Positions 29,831-44,928 of a stretch of DNA of 64,000 nt are shown here, one piece after another; position 1 is the first letter of the stretch, and every line of letters begins with the position of its first letter. The position numbers and the translations under genes are program-made. The DNA comes from the human T2T-CHM13v2.0 reference genome, Homo sapiens, in contig CP068257.2 in NCBI GenBank assembly GCA_009914755.4, positions 24,352,001 through 24,416,000 of the forward strand, read 5' to 3'. The notes under the pieces are model-generated. The model was given only the letters and a program-made list of their open reading frames with translations, did no database searches and was not told the DNA's origin.

Positions 29831-32779
29831 CACAGATCACCAGGTGCCTGTGGCAGTTTCTAATGCAGCTCCAGAGTTTCTGAATCATGAGGCCTTGGTG
29901 GGGCCTGAGAATGTGCATTTCAAATTCCCAGGTAATACTGATGCTGGTGGTCAGGGGAAAATATTCTGAGATCCACTGCAATATGCTGAGAATAATGGCA
30001 AGAGATAACCAGTAACTCAGTGAAATTGGGAAGAGGATCAGAAATATTTATGGTATTAAACATTTACATGCTGATGCATCATAGTTTGTAAAAAATAAGC
30101 AAATTTGGATGGCAAAAGAAGGGCATGTCTAGAACAAAATTAAAAAGGCCTATTAGGAAATCCTTGTGGAAATCATGTACCTGTCAAGGCAGGCATGGTT
30201 GACAGCATTTGAATATCTAATAGTAAAAGCCTATCGTATACCACCTAGCAGGACTAGAGGAATAGATGTCCTTGATCAGATCACAAAACCAATACAGGAG
30301 AAAGACCTAGATGTGGCAGGGGGTTTCAACCTTTCTGGGGCAACTACCACAGGTCTATTCGAGAAGTACCATAGTAATAGAATTAAAAGCTGCTATGCTG
30401 ACATTATAATGTACCCAGAAGGAAAAAAAAAAGCGAGAGGGAGAAAGCAGAAGGGAATTATTACCACAGAGCTGATTCTGGCCAACAAGGAGAAGCTCAT
30501 CATTGGGAAAAGTGATAGGAACCCGGGATTTGTAGCCACAGGAAGCCTTGGACTCGTAGTGAGAGCACAGCATTATGTAGGAAATCAGATTCCAAACACG
30601 TGAGACAAGCGAACACTATGATTCCATGATCTACGACAATAGAAAGGAAGACTCCTCCATAAACCTGAAAGGCTTTCAAAGTCTAACAGGACCGCCATAA
30701 GTAGTTTTGCTGAGAGTGAAAGGGAAAGATATGTAAAGAGATTAATCCATCAATGGCAGGAATTCTCTGATTACCTCAGGATTTAAAGCATGTGTTACAC
30801 AAGTTGTATAAAGATGTGTATGATCCCCATGGAACACCTGACTCTGATTACGTAGGATACAAGAATAGTATAAAGGGCGTTTATAAAAGTTTCAAAAAAA
30901 TGTGTATGACCCCCAAGTGGAACGCCTTTCTAACTCTGATTAAATATGATGTAAGGATATTAAGTGAAGACATCCGAAGAAGTTTAGCATGTGGCTAAAG
31001 AATAAAAAGAAACTGATTAAGCAGAATAATTTATTAATAGCAACTTACTCATATGTTAATAAATGAAGTGTTAATACAGAGAAAATCCTAATCAGTTATT
31101 GTAACATTTCCACAAGACTAGGACGAAATAGGTGAAAAGAGAAACAGAAAACACTGGCACTGAAAATCAGATGTTGGAAGCCTTTATCTCCTCGTAGAAA
31201 TAAATGAGGTGAAATAACTGACTTTTTTTTTTGACTGCCCAAATTATTGCACGAAAGTTTACTACGTGGGGCTACATTTCAAAAGAATCCTTAACAGTTG
31301 CTCAGCTGCCCTGAGCTTCTGCCTTTGCATTTTTCTGTAGGATCTCACTGTTGTATTACTGGTGAATCAAAGAAAGATGACCTGATGCATGTCATCAGTT
31401 AATTTACCGTGTTTGAGATCTCTTACTTATTCAATCAAATCATGGGCACTAACTAGCGCTGTTTTCCAATTTAAGTGGAAAATTCAGGGAAAGTCAGGAA
31501 GAAAAATCAAACCAGTATTCTCTTTAAATCATGATGTATACACGTGATCTTGAACCATGACTGGAATGACGATGTCCAAGTGTACCATCCAGGGTTTGGA
31601 CAGCACCGTGTTTCCAGGTGGGATGGTGAAAACATGACCCTGGGTATCCCCAGGTTCCTTCTCCAGGCTTCTTTGTTATTACTTGGATGTGGCCCTTAAA
31701 GCTCTGAATAGAAACCATGTTTGTAAAAACAGCTGTTTAGTGTGATCTGCATTCTGGTATGTGTCTAGCCGTGAAAAAGAGTGAATTATATGCCCATCAT
31801 CCATCCCTGCATCTGCCTGAGCAATTTACTGGCATAATAACCAGGAACGGAGACACGTAATAAATAGTTCAACCGGCTAAGGAATTAAATTACTTGGCCT
31901 AAGAGAACTCAGGTCCAAGTTCTTATTACCATAGCTTTGATTTCTGGAATTAAATTTAGATGTCCATGAATTCAATTATTCATTTGGACACTATTTAAAA
32001 CAAGAGCACACGGTTTTGTTTGAATAATGCTGCATCTTCCCAAAGAATGCCAAACACAACAACATTACAACTTTTAACTGCAGTTTTCATGAACAGCTAG
32101 AAACACTGAAAGGAAAAAAATGACTTTTCCACCACTTCTTCAAATGCTGGACAGACTGTTGTCCTGTGGACTTGTTTTGAAAAGCTCATCACAGTTTAAG
32201 GAGTTGCAAGGGAGGAACAGTTTATGGAAATATAAAGCTGAGCATCATAAAACAATTTCCTTACAAACAATCAAATAACAACTCACAATAAAATAAACGC
32301 TTGGCAACATAGTGGAACATTCATACCACATTCGCAGACTTTAGTGGCTATCAATTTATAGTGGGTGGCTTTTACAGCTTTTAAACACCAATAACAAACA
32401 TTTTTACAGAACAAGGGAACCATCTGAAAATGCTGACCATCCCCAGAGTATCTGAATTTAATAAGGTCAAAGGGACATTCCTACGAGGAAATAAATCACT
32501 GATGATAAAATTTTATGTGTCAGCATGCGAGATTTTACTTGGATGAAGGAGAAATGACATCACAAAGGTGACTCTCCTTCTGTTTCTAACTAAAGCTGAC
32601 CTTGATATAATTCCACATGCAGGTGCCGCCTGATAAGTCCCTTTACAGAGTGAAAGATTTTGATTCACACACCAATTTTCATTTCTGTTTATTAAAGTCA
32701 TGCCAAAAAAGTCACCATTTGTATTTTCTAAGAAAGCCATATGACATTCTAGAAATGGCAAAATTATAGACAGTAACAG

Positions 32780-33145
32780 ATCAGTGGCTTGGAAAGGTTA
32801 AAGGCAAGAGAGGGTCGAACAGGAGGAACACAGAGGATTTGGGGGATAGTAAAAGTACTCAGTATGACACTACAATGGTGGGTACATGTCATTAGACAGT
32901 TTTCCAAACTCACAGAATAAACAATGCTGAGAGAATGCTAATGTAAACTATGGACTTTGGGTGATAATAATGGTGTCAGTGTAGGTTCACTGATTGTAAC
33001 AAATCGCTCTAAGGGGGACGCTGATAATGGGAGAGGCTGTGCAAGTGTATGAACAGGGAGTATATGGGAGAATCTCAGTACCTTCTGCCTAATTTTGCTG
33101 TGAACCTAAAACTGCTCTAAAACAATAAAGTCTATATTTATTCTT
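32780..33145 (+). mobile_element. Ancient L1 (L1M-type) 3'-end fragment.
   Basis: ...atgctaatgtaaactatggactttgggtgataataatggtgtcagtgtaggttcactgattgtaacaaatcgctctaagggggacgctgataatgggagaggctgtgcaagtgtatgaacagggagtatatgggagaatctcagtaccttctgcctaattttgctgtgaacctaaaactgctctaaaacaataaagtctat. Confidence 0.75.
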
Positions 33146-34021
33146 TCACAGTCTCTGTTAAGACGGACTTTTTTCTTCTTGCTACAGATAAACAGGGAGG
33201 AAATGACAGAGAGAAAGCTCTGATTCTCATGGTTATGTGAATATGGACTATCATGAGATCCAACCTACTTGCACTGATGAGGGAAGAGGGAAGACAACCA
33301 ATGTCAGTTCCTGAAATGCAACCAACCAGGGGAAAGCTCAGCAGGAAGAGGTTCAGACTCTTCCTCTGTGGATATGAAAATGGGAAAAAAGAGTCTAGAG
33401 GCTCCCAGAGTCAGAAGAGAGAGAAAATACAGTAGTTTTTTTCAAGAAGATAAACAGACGGTTCTCCTTCTCTCTGTCTCAACTCTCCAAACTGCCAGAG
33501 TCTAAACTGGAAGGTACAATGGCTGGATAAGTCAGTTTGTCCGAAAGGAAAGCAGTTTTTGAAATTACTGCTACTAAATTAGGAAAATGTTTCCGGGGAG
33601 GGAGGGCAAAGTAAGAAATAGCCAGTACTTCTCCCGCATAAAGGCACTGTTAGAAGCGAAACACAAGGGGACACATCACCTAATTCTATTTGAATTAAAT
33701 ATGAAAACAAGCAAACTGCAGGCAAATAGAACTCAGGGGAAAGGCCAGTAACTGGCAGGGGCCAGGAGAGAGGATTCTAGGGGCCAGCAAGTCTCTGTGT
33801 TCTGGTCCGGATGCTGGCTATCTAGTTGTGTGGTCTTAAAAAACTTTGCTTACTTGCATTACCTCTTATGTGTACTTCTCTCTAAATAAATCAGTAAAAA
33901 GGTTGAAAAGGGTTTCTTGTTACTTGCAGCTAAAGGCATAAGCCCACCTGGGGCCCTAGGTTTAAGGCCTCCAGCTTTAGGAAGATAACCACATGACTGG
34001 ACTACCAAAAATTCATGACTC

Positions 34022-34318
34022 AGGCCTGAGGAGGTGGCTCATGCCTGTAATCCCAGCACGTTGCGGGGCCGAGGCAGGCAGATCACTTGGGGCCAGGAGT
34101 TCGAGACCAGCCTGGCCAACATAGTGAAATTCCGTCTCTACTAAAAATACAAAAAATTAGCTGGACGTGGGGGTGCACGCCTGTAATCCCAGCTACTTGG
34201 GAGGCTGAGGCATGAGAATCACTTGAACTCAGGAGGCAGAAGCTGCATTGCACTCCAGCCTGGGTGACAGAGTGAGACTCTGTCTCAAAAAAAAAAAAAA
34301 AAGGAATAAATAAATAAA
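34022..34318 (+). mobile_element. Full-length Alu.
   Basis: ggcctgaggaggtggctcatgcctgtaatcccagcacgttgcggggccgagg ... gacagagtgagactctgtctc plus a(16). TSD TCATGAC. Confidence 0.9.
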
Positions 34319-37300
34319 GTCATGACACAGCTGATTAAGAATGAGCTATAAATCACAATCTTGATCTGAAATTAGGCTATATCATCATTCTTACACATTT
34401 AATGAATACTTATTCTGAGTGAGACAATTCACACTAACTGCTGTATGAGTAACAGACATACTGCAGATTAAACGCTTCAGAAATTCAACAGAGAAGTGAT
34501 TGTTGCGAGCCAGAGGCATCTGAGTTGGCCGGAAGTGATAGGTGGCTGTGGGGATGAGGCAGGAATATCCACATAATGCACAAGTGGAATAAGAAGTAAA
34601 TAAAATATAATGAAATTTTACACAGGCACTGAGTTTTAACAGTGAGGAAGGGTAAACTGCAGAGACACGGGGATTCAGGTATTTTTTTTCTTTAGCCAAT
34701 GGATAAATATTTGAGTTGAAAGGCATATGTACAAATTGATGATAATGAGCAAAAAAGTGGCAATGCATTCATTCATTCATCCATTGAATCATTCCATTAA
34801 GTACCTCTCTAAGCCAACCCCTAGTAATTCAATCAACAATATTCGCTGTGCTTTACCAAGTGCCAGTACTATTCCAGGTAGTGAAGATAAAGCACTCAAT
34901 TTCTTGGAATCTATCTATTAGTTGGGGAGGTGTAATATGAGCAAGAAAAAAAATTATGGAAAAGTACTATAGGGAAAGGAGATGGGGCTAATTGCTAATG
35001 AATGACTATGATAGATGTGTGCCAGGGATGGGTAGCATTTCAAACAGGGTGGTCAGGGAAGGGCCCCACGGAAGAGCCATGTGAACTAAAAATGCTGAAG
35101 TCGGGCACGGCAAAACCAAGAGAGTGCATGGATGGCTGAGGCAGGGGTAAGAGCAAGTGCAAAGGCCCAGGTGTGAGGAAGAGATTAGCACGTTCAGCAA
35201 AAACAACAAAGGGCCAGTGAGCTTAGGGAGTAGCAGATGAGGGAGGAAGTATAAGATCTGGTGGTGGAGACAGACAGGCATAGTGTTACCCAGTACGGTT
35301 ACATTTCTTACAGCAACTGGAACGACTCAATGAGATTTAAGTTGCAATGATGTCTCTGGCTGCTGGGCACAGAATGGTCTCCAGGGAAAACATGAATGGA
35401 TGCTGGGAAGCTGGACACTGGGCCAGGAGCTAGGGGTACACTGGAAAGCAAAGGTGGCTCACAAGGCAAGTAGCCAAAGGCCAGACACTGACCTCAGCAC
35501 CTGTATAAATGCAAAATTACTGCCCTGATAACAATTACATACAGCCAGAAGACCCAAAAGAGTGAGTGCTAGTGTGTCTAGTGAGGCAGAGATTCCAGGT
35601 GTCTAGTGAGGCATGACTGAAATGTGACCCAAAGAAGGTCCGAAGTGAATGAAGTCCAGGGGCCAAAGATAGCTCTCCACTAGGCAGGGTGGGTAGAGCA
35701 TGTGCAAAGGCCCGGTGACAGGAGGGAGGGAAACCTGAGCACCTGAAAGGGAATTGGCTGACAAGAACAGAAAGTGGGCTCCAAGAATGGCAAGTCAGCA
35801 GTGGCACAGAGCAGGTCTTGGCAAACTGCAACCCGCAACTTGTTCTTGTACATCCTGTGAGCTAAGGGTGGGCTTTGCATTTTTTAAAGGATTATAAAAA
35901 GAAAAGAAAGGGGGTAAAAATGACAGCAATATGTGACAGAGATTGTATGCGACCTGTAAGGCCTAAATACGGATTGTAAAAATGACCATTTAAAGTCAAA
36001 CCAACTTCTCTCAACACATGCTCCTGTAAACCCTGCCCCACTTACGTTAGTGAATTAGTGAATTTCTAAAAAAAAATTACTGAAACAAGCAAAGAGATCC
36101 GAGAAGCACTAAAGCCCAGCTTTTGTGTAAACCAGCAGTTCCTGGGCAGAACCTTTAAAAGACAATCTCTCTTTACTCTGCTATCTCAGTACACACTTAG
36201 GGTAACATGAATATCCTAGCAATAGAGCAACAATCTAAACAATACCCCTGGGACATGATATAAGACAAATCCAAGGAGTGGACAGTTTATAGGAAAACTG
36301 GTACAGCTTCTTCAGCAAGTCAGTGTCAGGATATAAAAAGTGCTATTCTGAATCCTAAGAATTAAGGATGTAAGATGCTGGCCCTGGTGCCGGATAGGAT
36401 GTGAAATGCATAACCTGTGAAGGACCTTTCTGGAACTCAGGGAGAATCTGAATATGGACATGGTATCCAATGGTACTAAAAATTTATGTTAATTTTGTGG
36501 GTGAGATGGTATCATCTGGACTCTGTAGAAAAATGTTCTTAGATTTTAGAGACATATACTGACATCTTAAATATGCTTCCTATCTGAACTTTTCTTTAAA
36601 ATATCTTGGCATCATAAAAAGTATGTTTAAAGGGGGAAAATGATATTCTGGCAAGACTTAAATTTGGAATATAATTACAGTAAAAGGCTAAATTGCTTTT
36701 TTAAAGGCTATCTTGGAGGCAAGAAAAGTCATATATTATCAAAAGCAGATTATTGTTCTGACAGCTTTATGAACCAACTAGAATTAAGGAGAAGCACCTA
36801 AGGTCATAAAAAGTTTTGGAGTCATTTTAAATTCTTGATATGTGAAAAAGTTTGGTTAATCAGATGCTAGGCCAGAAAACTGTGAACGAGCAAATTCCTC
36901 ATGTCCAAAGGTTTAGCTGCTACTAAGGATGGGTGATCCATATATATTTTGGGTGGAGAGTTGGAAGTATATGACCTTTGGCTGTCTAACAAATATTTGA
37001 GTTCCAGGGTCTGCTCTGGAGTCTAGGGATGCTGCAGAGAATAAAGCAGACAAAATTCCCTGCCTTCCTGGTATTTACATTCTACAGGGAAGGAAAGATA
37101 TAAGAAAACTAAAACAACGATGTTACACTAGCACATTACAAGGTGACAAGTGTTACAGAGAAAATGAAAGCAGCAAAGCTAGGGGTGGGCTGGGGCTGGT
37201 AGTTGGCCGGGCTGTTGCAGTTTCTACAGAAGATGGTAAAAGAAGATGCCCTGAAAAGGTGTCAATGCAGCAAGAACTATGTGCCTGGCATCTCCTTCCA

Positions 37301-37511
37301 CTGTGTCCATACACATGAGAACTACTACACAGCTATAGGTGGTCTGTGTCCAAAATGGCTACAAAGCAACCTAGGAAAGTCACAAAGTAAGAGAAAAGCC
37401 TGGTCCTTTTCTTTTGGGGGCACTTTGTGAAGACCTATTCCTTAGAAAGAAGAGAGAAGCTGCATGCTTCTGGGCTTCTCCCCCTCTTTTTTGGGAAAAA
37501 ATAATTGGTTC

Positions 37512-37900
37512 TGTTAAGGAAGTGTATCAGTCTGTTTTCATGCTGCTGATAAAGACATACCCAAGATTGGGGAGAAAAAGAGGTTTAATGGGACTTACAG
37601 TTCCACATGGCTGGGGAGGCCTCAGAATCATGGCGGGAGGTGAAAGGCATTTCTTACATGGTGGCGGCAAGAGAAAAATGAGGAAAAGGCAAGAGAAAAA
37701 TGAGGAAGAAGCAAAAGCAGAAACCCCTGATAAACCCATGAGATCTTGTGAGACTTATTCATTATCGCAAGAATAGTACAGAGAAGATCAGCCCCCATGA
37801 ATCAATTACCTCCCCCTGGGTCCCTCCCACAACATGTGGGAATTCTGGGAGATATAATTGAAGTTGATATTTGAATGGAGACACAGCCAGTCCATATCAG
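37512..37900 (-). mobile_element. MaLR solo LTR (THE1/MST family), full length, in the same orientation as APP transcription.
   Basis: The reverse complement begins tgatatggactggctgtgtctccattcaaatatcaacttcaattatatctcccagaattcccacatgttgtgggagggaccc and ends ...ctgtaagtcccattaaacctctttttctccccaatcttgggtatgtctttatcagcagcatgaaaacagactga. There is an internal 19-bp duplication (gcaagagaaaaatgaggaa x2). Confidence 0.8.
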
Positions 37901-38910
37901 GAAGCAAAAACAACAAACTCTGCTCCTCCTTCCAGCACGCTCCCCAAAATGCAGCAATACCTTGTCCTGCCCCAGATTCGTAAGTGGAGCCCCATTCCTA
38001 GGAGAAAACAGATACATCTGCACCACTGATCCTCAGTGGCAGAATATGCCAGGTATCTGTCCAGGAGAAGAAGCCATGTGGCTCAGGCTACAGGGTTTAT
38101 AGCCCAAGGCCTCCCTTGCCTCTGTGCTCTGAGGGCTTGAAGTAAGTAGAAAAGTACTTTAAATTGTATCATAAAGGTAAAGATGATGTAGCTTCTTGGG
38201 TTAGCCACAACATTTAGGAAAAGCATGTTCTGGAGAGGTAAGACTTTTAGTTGATTTTCCATTAGTGAGCTAACATTTTTCCTCTTCCAACAAGCCCACT
38301 TTCTTGCATTGGTAAGTATTAAGTATCTTTTTTTAAAGTATCTGTGGTTGGTTGGCATCTGAGAAATCTGTAGGGTCAAATATCAAATAGACACCCCTAG
38401 CACAATGCCACAAATGCACAAGGGATGAGGCTATGAAATTTGTGAATTCTTTTCCTTTCTCAAGGAACGACTACACTTACATATACTCCAGTTAATTGTA
38501 TGTTCTAGTTATGTAGATCCTAGAGAGAAGGTCTAGTGTGGTGATTAATGGTGACTTTCCAGAGCTCAGCCACGTGGGTTTCATTCTCAGTGCTGCCACC
38601 TGCCAGCTCCAATGTGACTATGAACATGTCACTTAGGCTGCTGTGACTTGGTTTCCTCATCTTTAACATGGGATGGAAATATTAACCACCTCAGGGGATG
38701 GTGTGAACAGCCAATGATGTAAATAACACACTTGGAACAGCACATGATAAGAGTTAAATACTGTGCCTATTTACTGTTTTTAACTACAGCTTAAATGTAT
38801 ACTTATGACATTTCTTTTCTTTTTATTGCTATTAGGTTTTGAAAATGGTATAAAAATATCATTTGTTTTTCACAGGTAATGTTTTTCTTGGGGCTTATTA
38901 TTTTAGAAAA

Positions 38911-38937
38911 AAAAAAAATATATATATATATATAAAG
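38911..38937. repeat. A11(TA)8 simple repeat.
   Basis: aaaaaaaaaaatatatatatatataaa. Confidence 0.9.
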
Positions 38938-39238
38938 AGCTATCCTTTACTGGGCGCTATGCCTAGTAAGTTCCCAACTGCTGACTATAGGCTCAGAGCC
39001 CTGCAGAGATGGGATGTAAACAAGCATAAAACAGTGTTTTCAGTGAAGTGCATATTAACAATAATGGGCTGAACAAAGAATGTTCATTGGTGGAGTTTGG
39101 GAGGGACAGACTGAAGAATAATCTGTTGAAGAGGTAACAGGTAAACTGGGACATGATGAATGAATAGAAATCTACAAAGAAGGTAGCAAACAGGACACTG
39201 TAGAAACAGGGAATGGCACCCGTAGCAGATGAAGAGTG

Positions 39239-39612
39239 ATATGGTTTGGCTGTGTCCTCACTCAAATCTCATCTTGAATTGTAATCCTCATAATCCCCAT
39301 GTGTCTAGAGAAAGACCTGGTGGGACGGAATTGGATCATGGGAGTGGTTTCCCCATGCTGTTCTCGTGACAGTGAGGGAGTTCTCAGGAGATCTGACAGT
39401 TTTATAAGGGGCTGTTCCCACTCTGCTCCTCGCTCTTCTCTTTCCTGCCGCCTTATGAAGAAGGATGTGTTTGCTTCCCCTTCTGCCATGATTGTAAGTT
39501 TCCTGAGGCCTCCTCAGCCATGCAGAACTGTGAGTCAATTAAACCTCTTTCCTTTATAAACTACCCAGTCTTGGTTATATCTTTATAGCAGTGTGAAAAT
39601 GGACTCATACAA
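39239..39612 (+). mobile_element. MaLR LTR (THE1/MST family) in sense on the + strand (antisense to APP). Internal MaLR sequence may follow, to about 40130.
   Basis: tatggtttggctgtgtcctcactcaaatctcatcttgaattgtaatcctcataatccccatgtgt...ggcctcctcagccatgcagaactgtgagtcaattaaacctctttcctttataaactacccagtcttggttatatctttatagcagtgtgaaaatggactca. Confidence 0.8.
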
Positions 39613-40411
39613 AGAGTGCTACAGGAATTGCCAATTCTCAGTATGGTGGAGGAGGGGGTGGACTGCAGGAAGGGAGCTGACTAGCTGTAGCTCTGCTCTT
39701 TTATGAAGGGCTTTGTTTCACAGGCTGAGGAGTCTGGACCATCATCTAGATGCAGAGCCTAGTAGAAAAGCCTGAAGCAGAAGAGTGGCAAGGTTAGTTG
39801 TATTGCAACAAACATGAGCTAGCAGAAGCATGGAGGACAGATAGGTGGAGGAGCGACAGTTGGGATGTGAAGGCGGTGCTCGTGAAGCCTACTGAGAACT
39901 TGGATAAAATAACAGCACAGAACTGGTGACTGGGGATGAAGGGAGTGAGTAAGAGGAGGAATCTGATGCTTTGAGTTGGAGAATAGTTACTAATGGTAAC
40001 AGAGGATACAGGAGGAATTAAGAAATGGAGCTAATGGGTTCAGCTTTGATCATGGTAGACTTGAGATTCTGTAAGACCCCGCTGGAGAGGCATACAGCAG
40101 ACAGCTGAAAACAAAGAACAAAAAAATCTGAGCCACTAATACACAGGCACTGCTTTTCTATTTCCATTAAATAAACAGTGCTGCACTTTGTTGTTTTTTA
40201 AACTAAAGAGCTGCCATTCCTGAAAGACCACAGATAATAGACCAGATGCCCACTCACTTTCTGCATGGATAATATGTCCCACTGTGATACCATTATTTAA
40301 GTAGAAACAAAATCTAGCCTTATGAAGTCTAATTATACCATTCCTCCTCCTTCCTTCCCCTCTCTCTCCCTGCAAGCATAATTCAAGACTGCTTTCCCAT
40401 TCAGAGATCTA

Positions 40412-40807
<396 letters not shown>

Positions 40808-41114
40808 TTAGATTTGATAAATCTATTATTGACTAGAGAGACCAATCAGGAACAATGTCTAAAATTGTGTATGAAAAGCCATTCACTCATCAAATGCTAG
40901 TGGCTGCTAAGTGTCTGGCATTCTGCTGGATCCGAGGCTCCAAAAGGGAAAAAGATAAGCTCCCTGTACTCAGAGAGATTACATTCTATGGGGGGAGAGA
41001 ACGACAACGAACCAATAAAATACTAAAATGTGATTCATTTCAGAATGGAAGTAAATAGGCTGCTAGGATTGAGAATAATGAAGAAGGGGTGTTTTCTTCA
41101 GAAAAGAATGATCA

Positions 41115-41386
<272 letters not shown>

Positions 41387-42877
41387 AGAATGATCAAGGG
41401 AATTCATTCTGGAAAGATGGCAACAAAACTGAGGCTGAAGGTGGGACCTTGGAACATCCATTATAGACAATGAGATCTGTCAGCCCGGGGGTTAGCAAGC
41501 TGGGGATATTGACTTGTGTGACACTGAGCAGGGGAGAGTCGGGGGAAAGAGAGGCATGGGGTGATACTGCGGAGGTAGGGAGGAGCTGGGTCAAATACAC
41601 TAATACCTGTAAGGAATGTAGGAGGTCAAACCTGACACCAACTACGTGTTTGTTAGTTGTTACCCGTTATCAATTATCCTCAGCATATCCAAATAAGGCT
41701 TCATTGTTTTCTCTCTGTGCACTTGGTTTTTAAGCGTATTGGTAAGCCACGAACACAACTTAAATTTGGGGGTTCCAGGATCTGCTTTATGTAAATAAAC
41801 ACTCTACATCCTGGCTGCTGTACAGAGAATGGCTTGGTGTGGGAGAAGAAAGCAGCGCATGTGTCAGGGAGAGAGAACGAGAGCAGAGATTAGCAGGATA
41901 CGGAAATAACTCCAGCAAGAAACAATGGGAGTTTAGATTAGTGCTGGAAAAGATGGAGATAAGTGGATAAATCCAGAATTCATAGGATGTGCAGAAGAGA
42001 CGATGATGAGTTCTAGGTTCTCAGCAATAATCCCTAGGAGAGGGCATAGGACCATTACTGAGATAGAATAGCTTTGAGAGAACCACATTGAGGACTGGGT
42101 AGCAGGGGAATTAAGAACTCTCATTTGGACATGTTAGGATTCATATGCCTATGAAATAACTAGGTAGAGTCTGGCCTAGAGAAATAAACCTTGGCCTAGT
42201 CTACTTACAAATGGTATTTAAAGTCAAGGGCATGGATTACAGCAATCAGGAAGAGCGAGCCAGAAAGAAAAATAGTATAATAATTGTAAAGAGATAGCCA
42301 GTGTCAGGAATTTAATGGATGAAATGTCAAAACAAAACAAAATCAGCCAAGACAGGATAATTAAAACCACAAAGGCTAGGGTGGGGGTGGGGGGTAGAAC
42401 TGGGGGGTGGGAACTCCTAAAGCCTGCATAAACAATGTGTAGGAAAGACAGGCTGGAAATGACAGTGACACACAGGTTACTAGACAAAGGGCTTCTGAGA
42501 AATGGCAAAGGTAACCAATTCTAAGAACTTACTAATCTTAAGGTGATTTATAGATAAAAGTCCCATCCTATAAATGTCTGGATTCTTGAGCCCAGAGATA
42601 TTCTGGGTCTGTCTGTACTGGTATTCTGCTGGGCAGGTAAAGGGGTTATGAAGAGAAGTACTATCTTACTTGCCTGTCAACTAATACTGATGACAGAGCA
42701 AAAGCGTCATGCACTTTACAGTCGTGGTCATAGCCAAAGATTGCAGATGTCCTAGACACAGTATTTGAGACAGAGAATGGAACATACATAGCCAAGTTAC
42801 TAATATACATGTTGGGTAAGAAGATTCCCAAATGGAAGGAAGGTAAAAAAGCTCTGTTCTAGTACAACCATTTGAGG

Positions 42878-43615
42878 ATAGTATGGAGATTCCTCAAAAA
42901 ACTAAAAATAGAGCTACCATACGATCCAGCAATCCCACTACTGGGCATTTATCTAAAGGAAGAGAAATCAGTATATTAAAAGAGGTATCTGCACTCCCAT
43001 ATTTACTGCAGCACTACTCACAATAGCCAAGATATGGAATAACCTAGATGTCCAAAGAGACTAATGGATGAAGAAAATGTGATGTGTGTGTGTGTGTGTA
43101 TGTGTGTGTGTCCGTGCGTGCATGCACGTATAATGAAATACTATTAAGCCATACAAAAGAATAAAATCCTGTCATTTGAAGCAACATGGATGGAACTGGA
43201 GGACATATGTTAAGTGAAATAAGCCAAAAACAGAAAGTTAAACACCACATGCTCTCATATGCAGAAGCTAGAAAATGTTGATTTCATAGACGTAAAGAGT
43301 AGAACAGAGGATGATGGAGGCTGGGAAGGGTAGGTAGAAACTGAGGATAGAGAAAGATTTGTTAAAGGATACCAAATTACAGCTAGATAAGAGGAATAAG
43401 TTCTAGTGCTCTACAGCACTGTAGGATGACTACAGTTAACAGTAATATATGACATAATCTCAAACAGCTAGAAGCAGGATATTGAATTTTCCCAACACAA
43501 AGAAATGATACATGCCTGAGATGAATATGCTGATCAGTCTGATCTGATCACTGTGTACCCTGTAAATGTGTACAATTATTACATGTCAATTTTTAAAAAT
43601 AAAAATTTTTAAAAA
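42878..43615 (+). mobile_element. Older L1 (L1PB/L1MA-like) 3'-terminal fragment: the ORF2 C-terminus plus 3'UTR, with a (GT)n microsatellite embedded.
   Basis: ctaaaaatagagctaccatacgatccagcaatcccactactgggcatttatctaaaggaagagaaatcagtat...cactcacaatagccaagatatggaataacctagatgtccaaagagactaatggatgaagaaaatgtg translates to L1 ORF2-like LEIPYDPAIPLLGIY.... It continues ...aagccatacaaaagaataaaatcctgtcatttgaagcaacatggatggaactggaggacatatgttaagtgaaataagcc... and ends aaaaataaaaatttttaaaaagg. Confidence 0.8.
43078..43125. repeat. (GT)n/(GTGC)n microsatellite inside the L1 fragment.
   Basis: gtgatgtgtgtgtgtgtgtgtatgtgtgtgtgtccgtgcgtgcatgcacg. Confidence 0.9.
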
Positions 43616-44451
43616 GGTACCTTTTAATGAACGGTCTATGCTTAAAATGTTGCTAGGTGTGTTTCAACACCAATGAGTTATATCTGAGGTTGGACCATAA
43701 CTAGACGAGGCACTTAGAGATGCGGTAACTGTGGTCTCAGCATCCTGTTCCACTGCACTTAGTTCCACCATCATTGTATTACAGTAAATGCAATATTGCT
43801 ATCCTGTGACTACCTTGTAAACATATTTTCATAAAACCAAAGTGCTTCATTACCACTTCTGATATGTGTATGAGTCCTTGGCTCCAATTTTCCAATAATA
43901 GTAGCTATACAATTATGTTGAAAACCATTTGAGGCTAACCATTAACATTCAAATGACGTACAATGGGAAACGAATGAATAGTATATTCTAGGAGATAAAA
44001 GATCAAACCTTTGATATATCTTCTCTTACTTATTAGTAGTTAGAGTTTAAGATACAATATTTCTTCTAAAACCATTTCAAAAATATAATTTAAATATAAA
44101 ATTGAAGATCCTAAAAAAGTATAGAAGTTTTAAAGTAGAATGACTTTGCTATTTGAATACCTATTTAAATTTCTATTTAAAATGTCCAAAACAGCCCAAA
44201 TCAATTCTACCTTCATTTTTATAGCAGTTTTCTAATCATGAGACATCATACTTTCTAGTCCTTTTTGCTTCCCTAAAATAAAAAAACTCCTACATATTTA
44301 AATTCATAAATAAGAATTATCATTACTTGATTACTACCAAAACTAATTTTAATAATGTTCTCAACCTTATCTAGGATAGAAGTGCTTAAGGAGCCATTAC
44401 GTATTATTATTGATTATGATTACAAGACCTACAATAATTTTAAAATAACTA

Positions 44452-44928
<477 letters not shown>

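Noticed and set aside
30166-30603. 145-aa + strand ORF in intron 5 with no repeat annotation.
   Set aside because: It has no recognisable domain or motif, is lysine/arginine-rich like many random AT-rich ORFs, has no splice signals tying it to APP, and lies between repeats. It is most likely a chance ORF. It could only be rescued by RNA-seq evidence.
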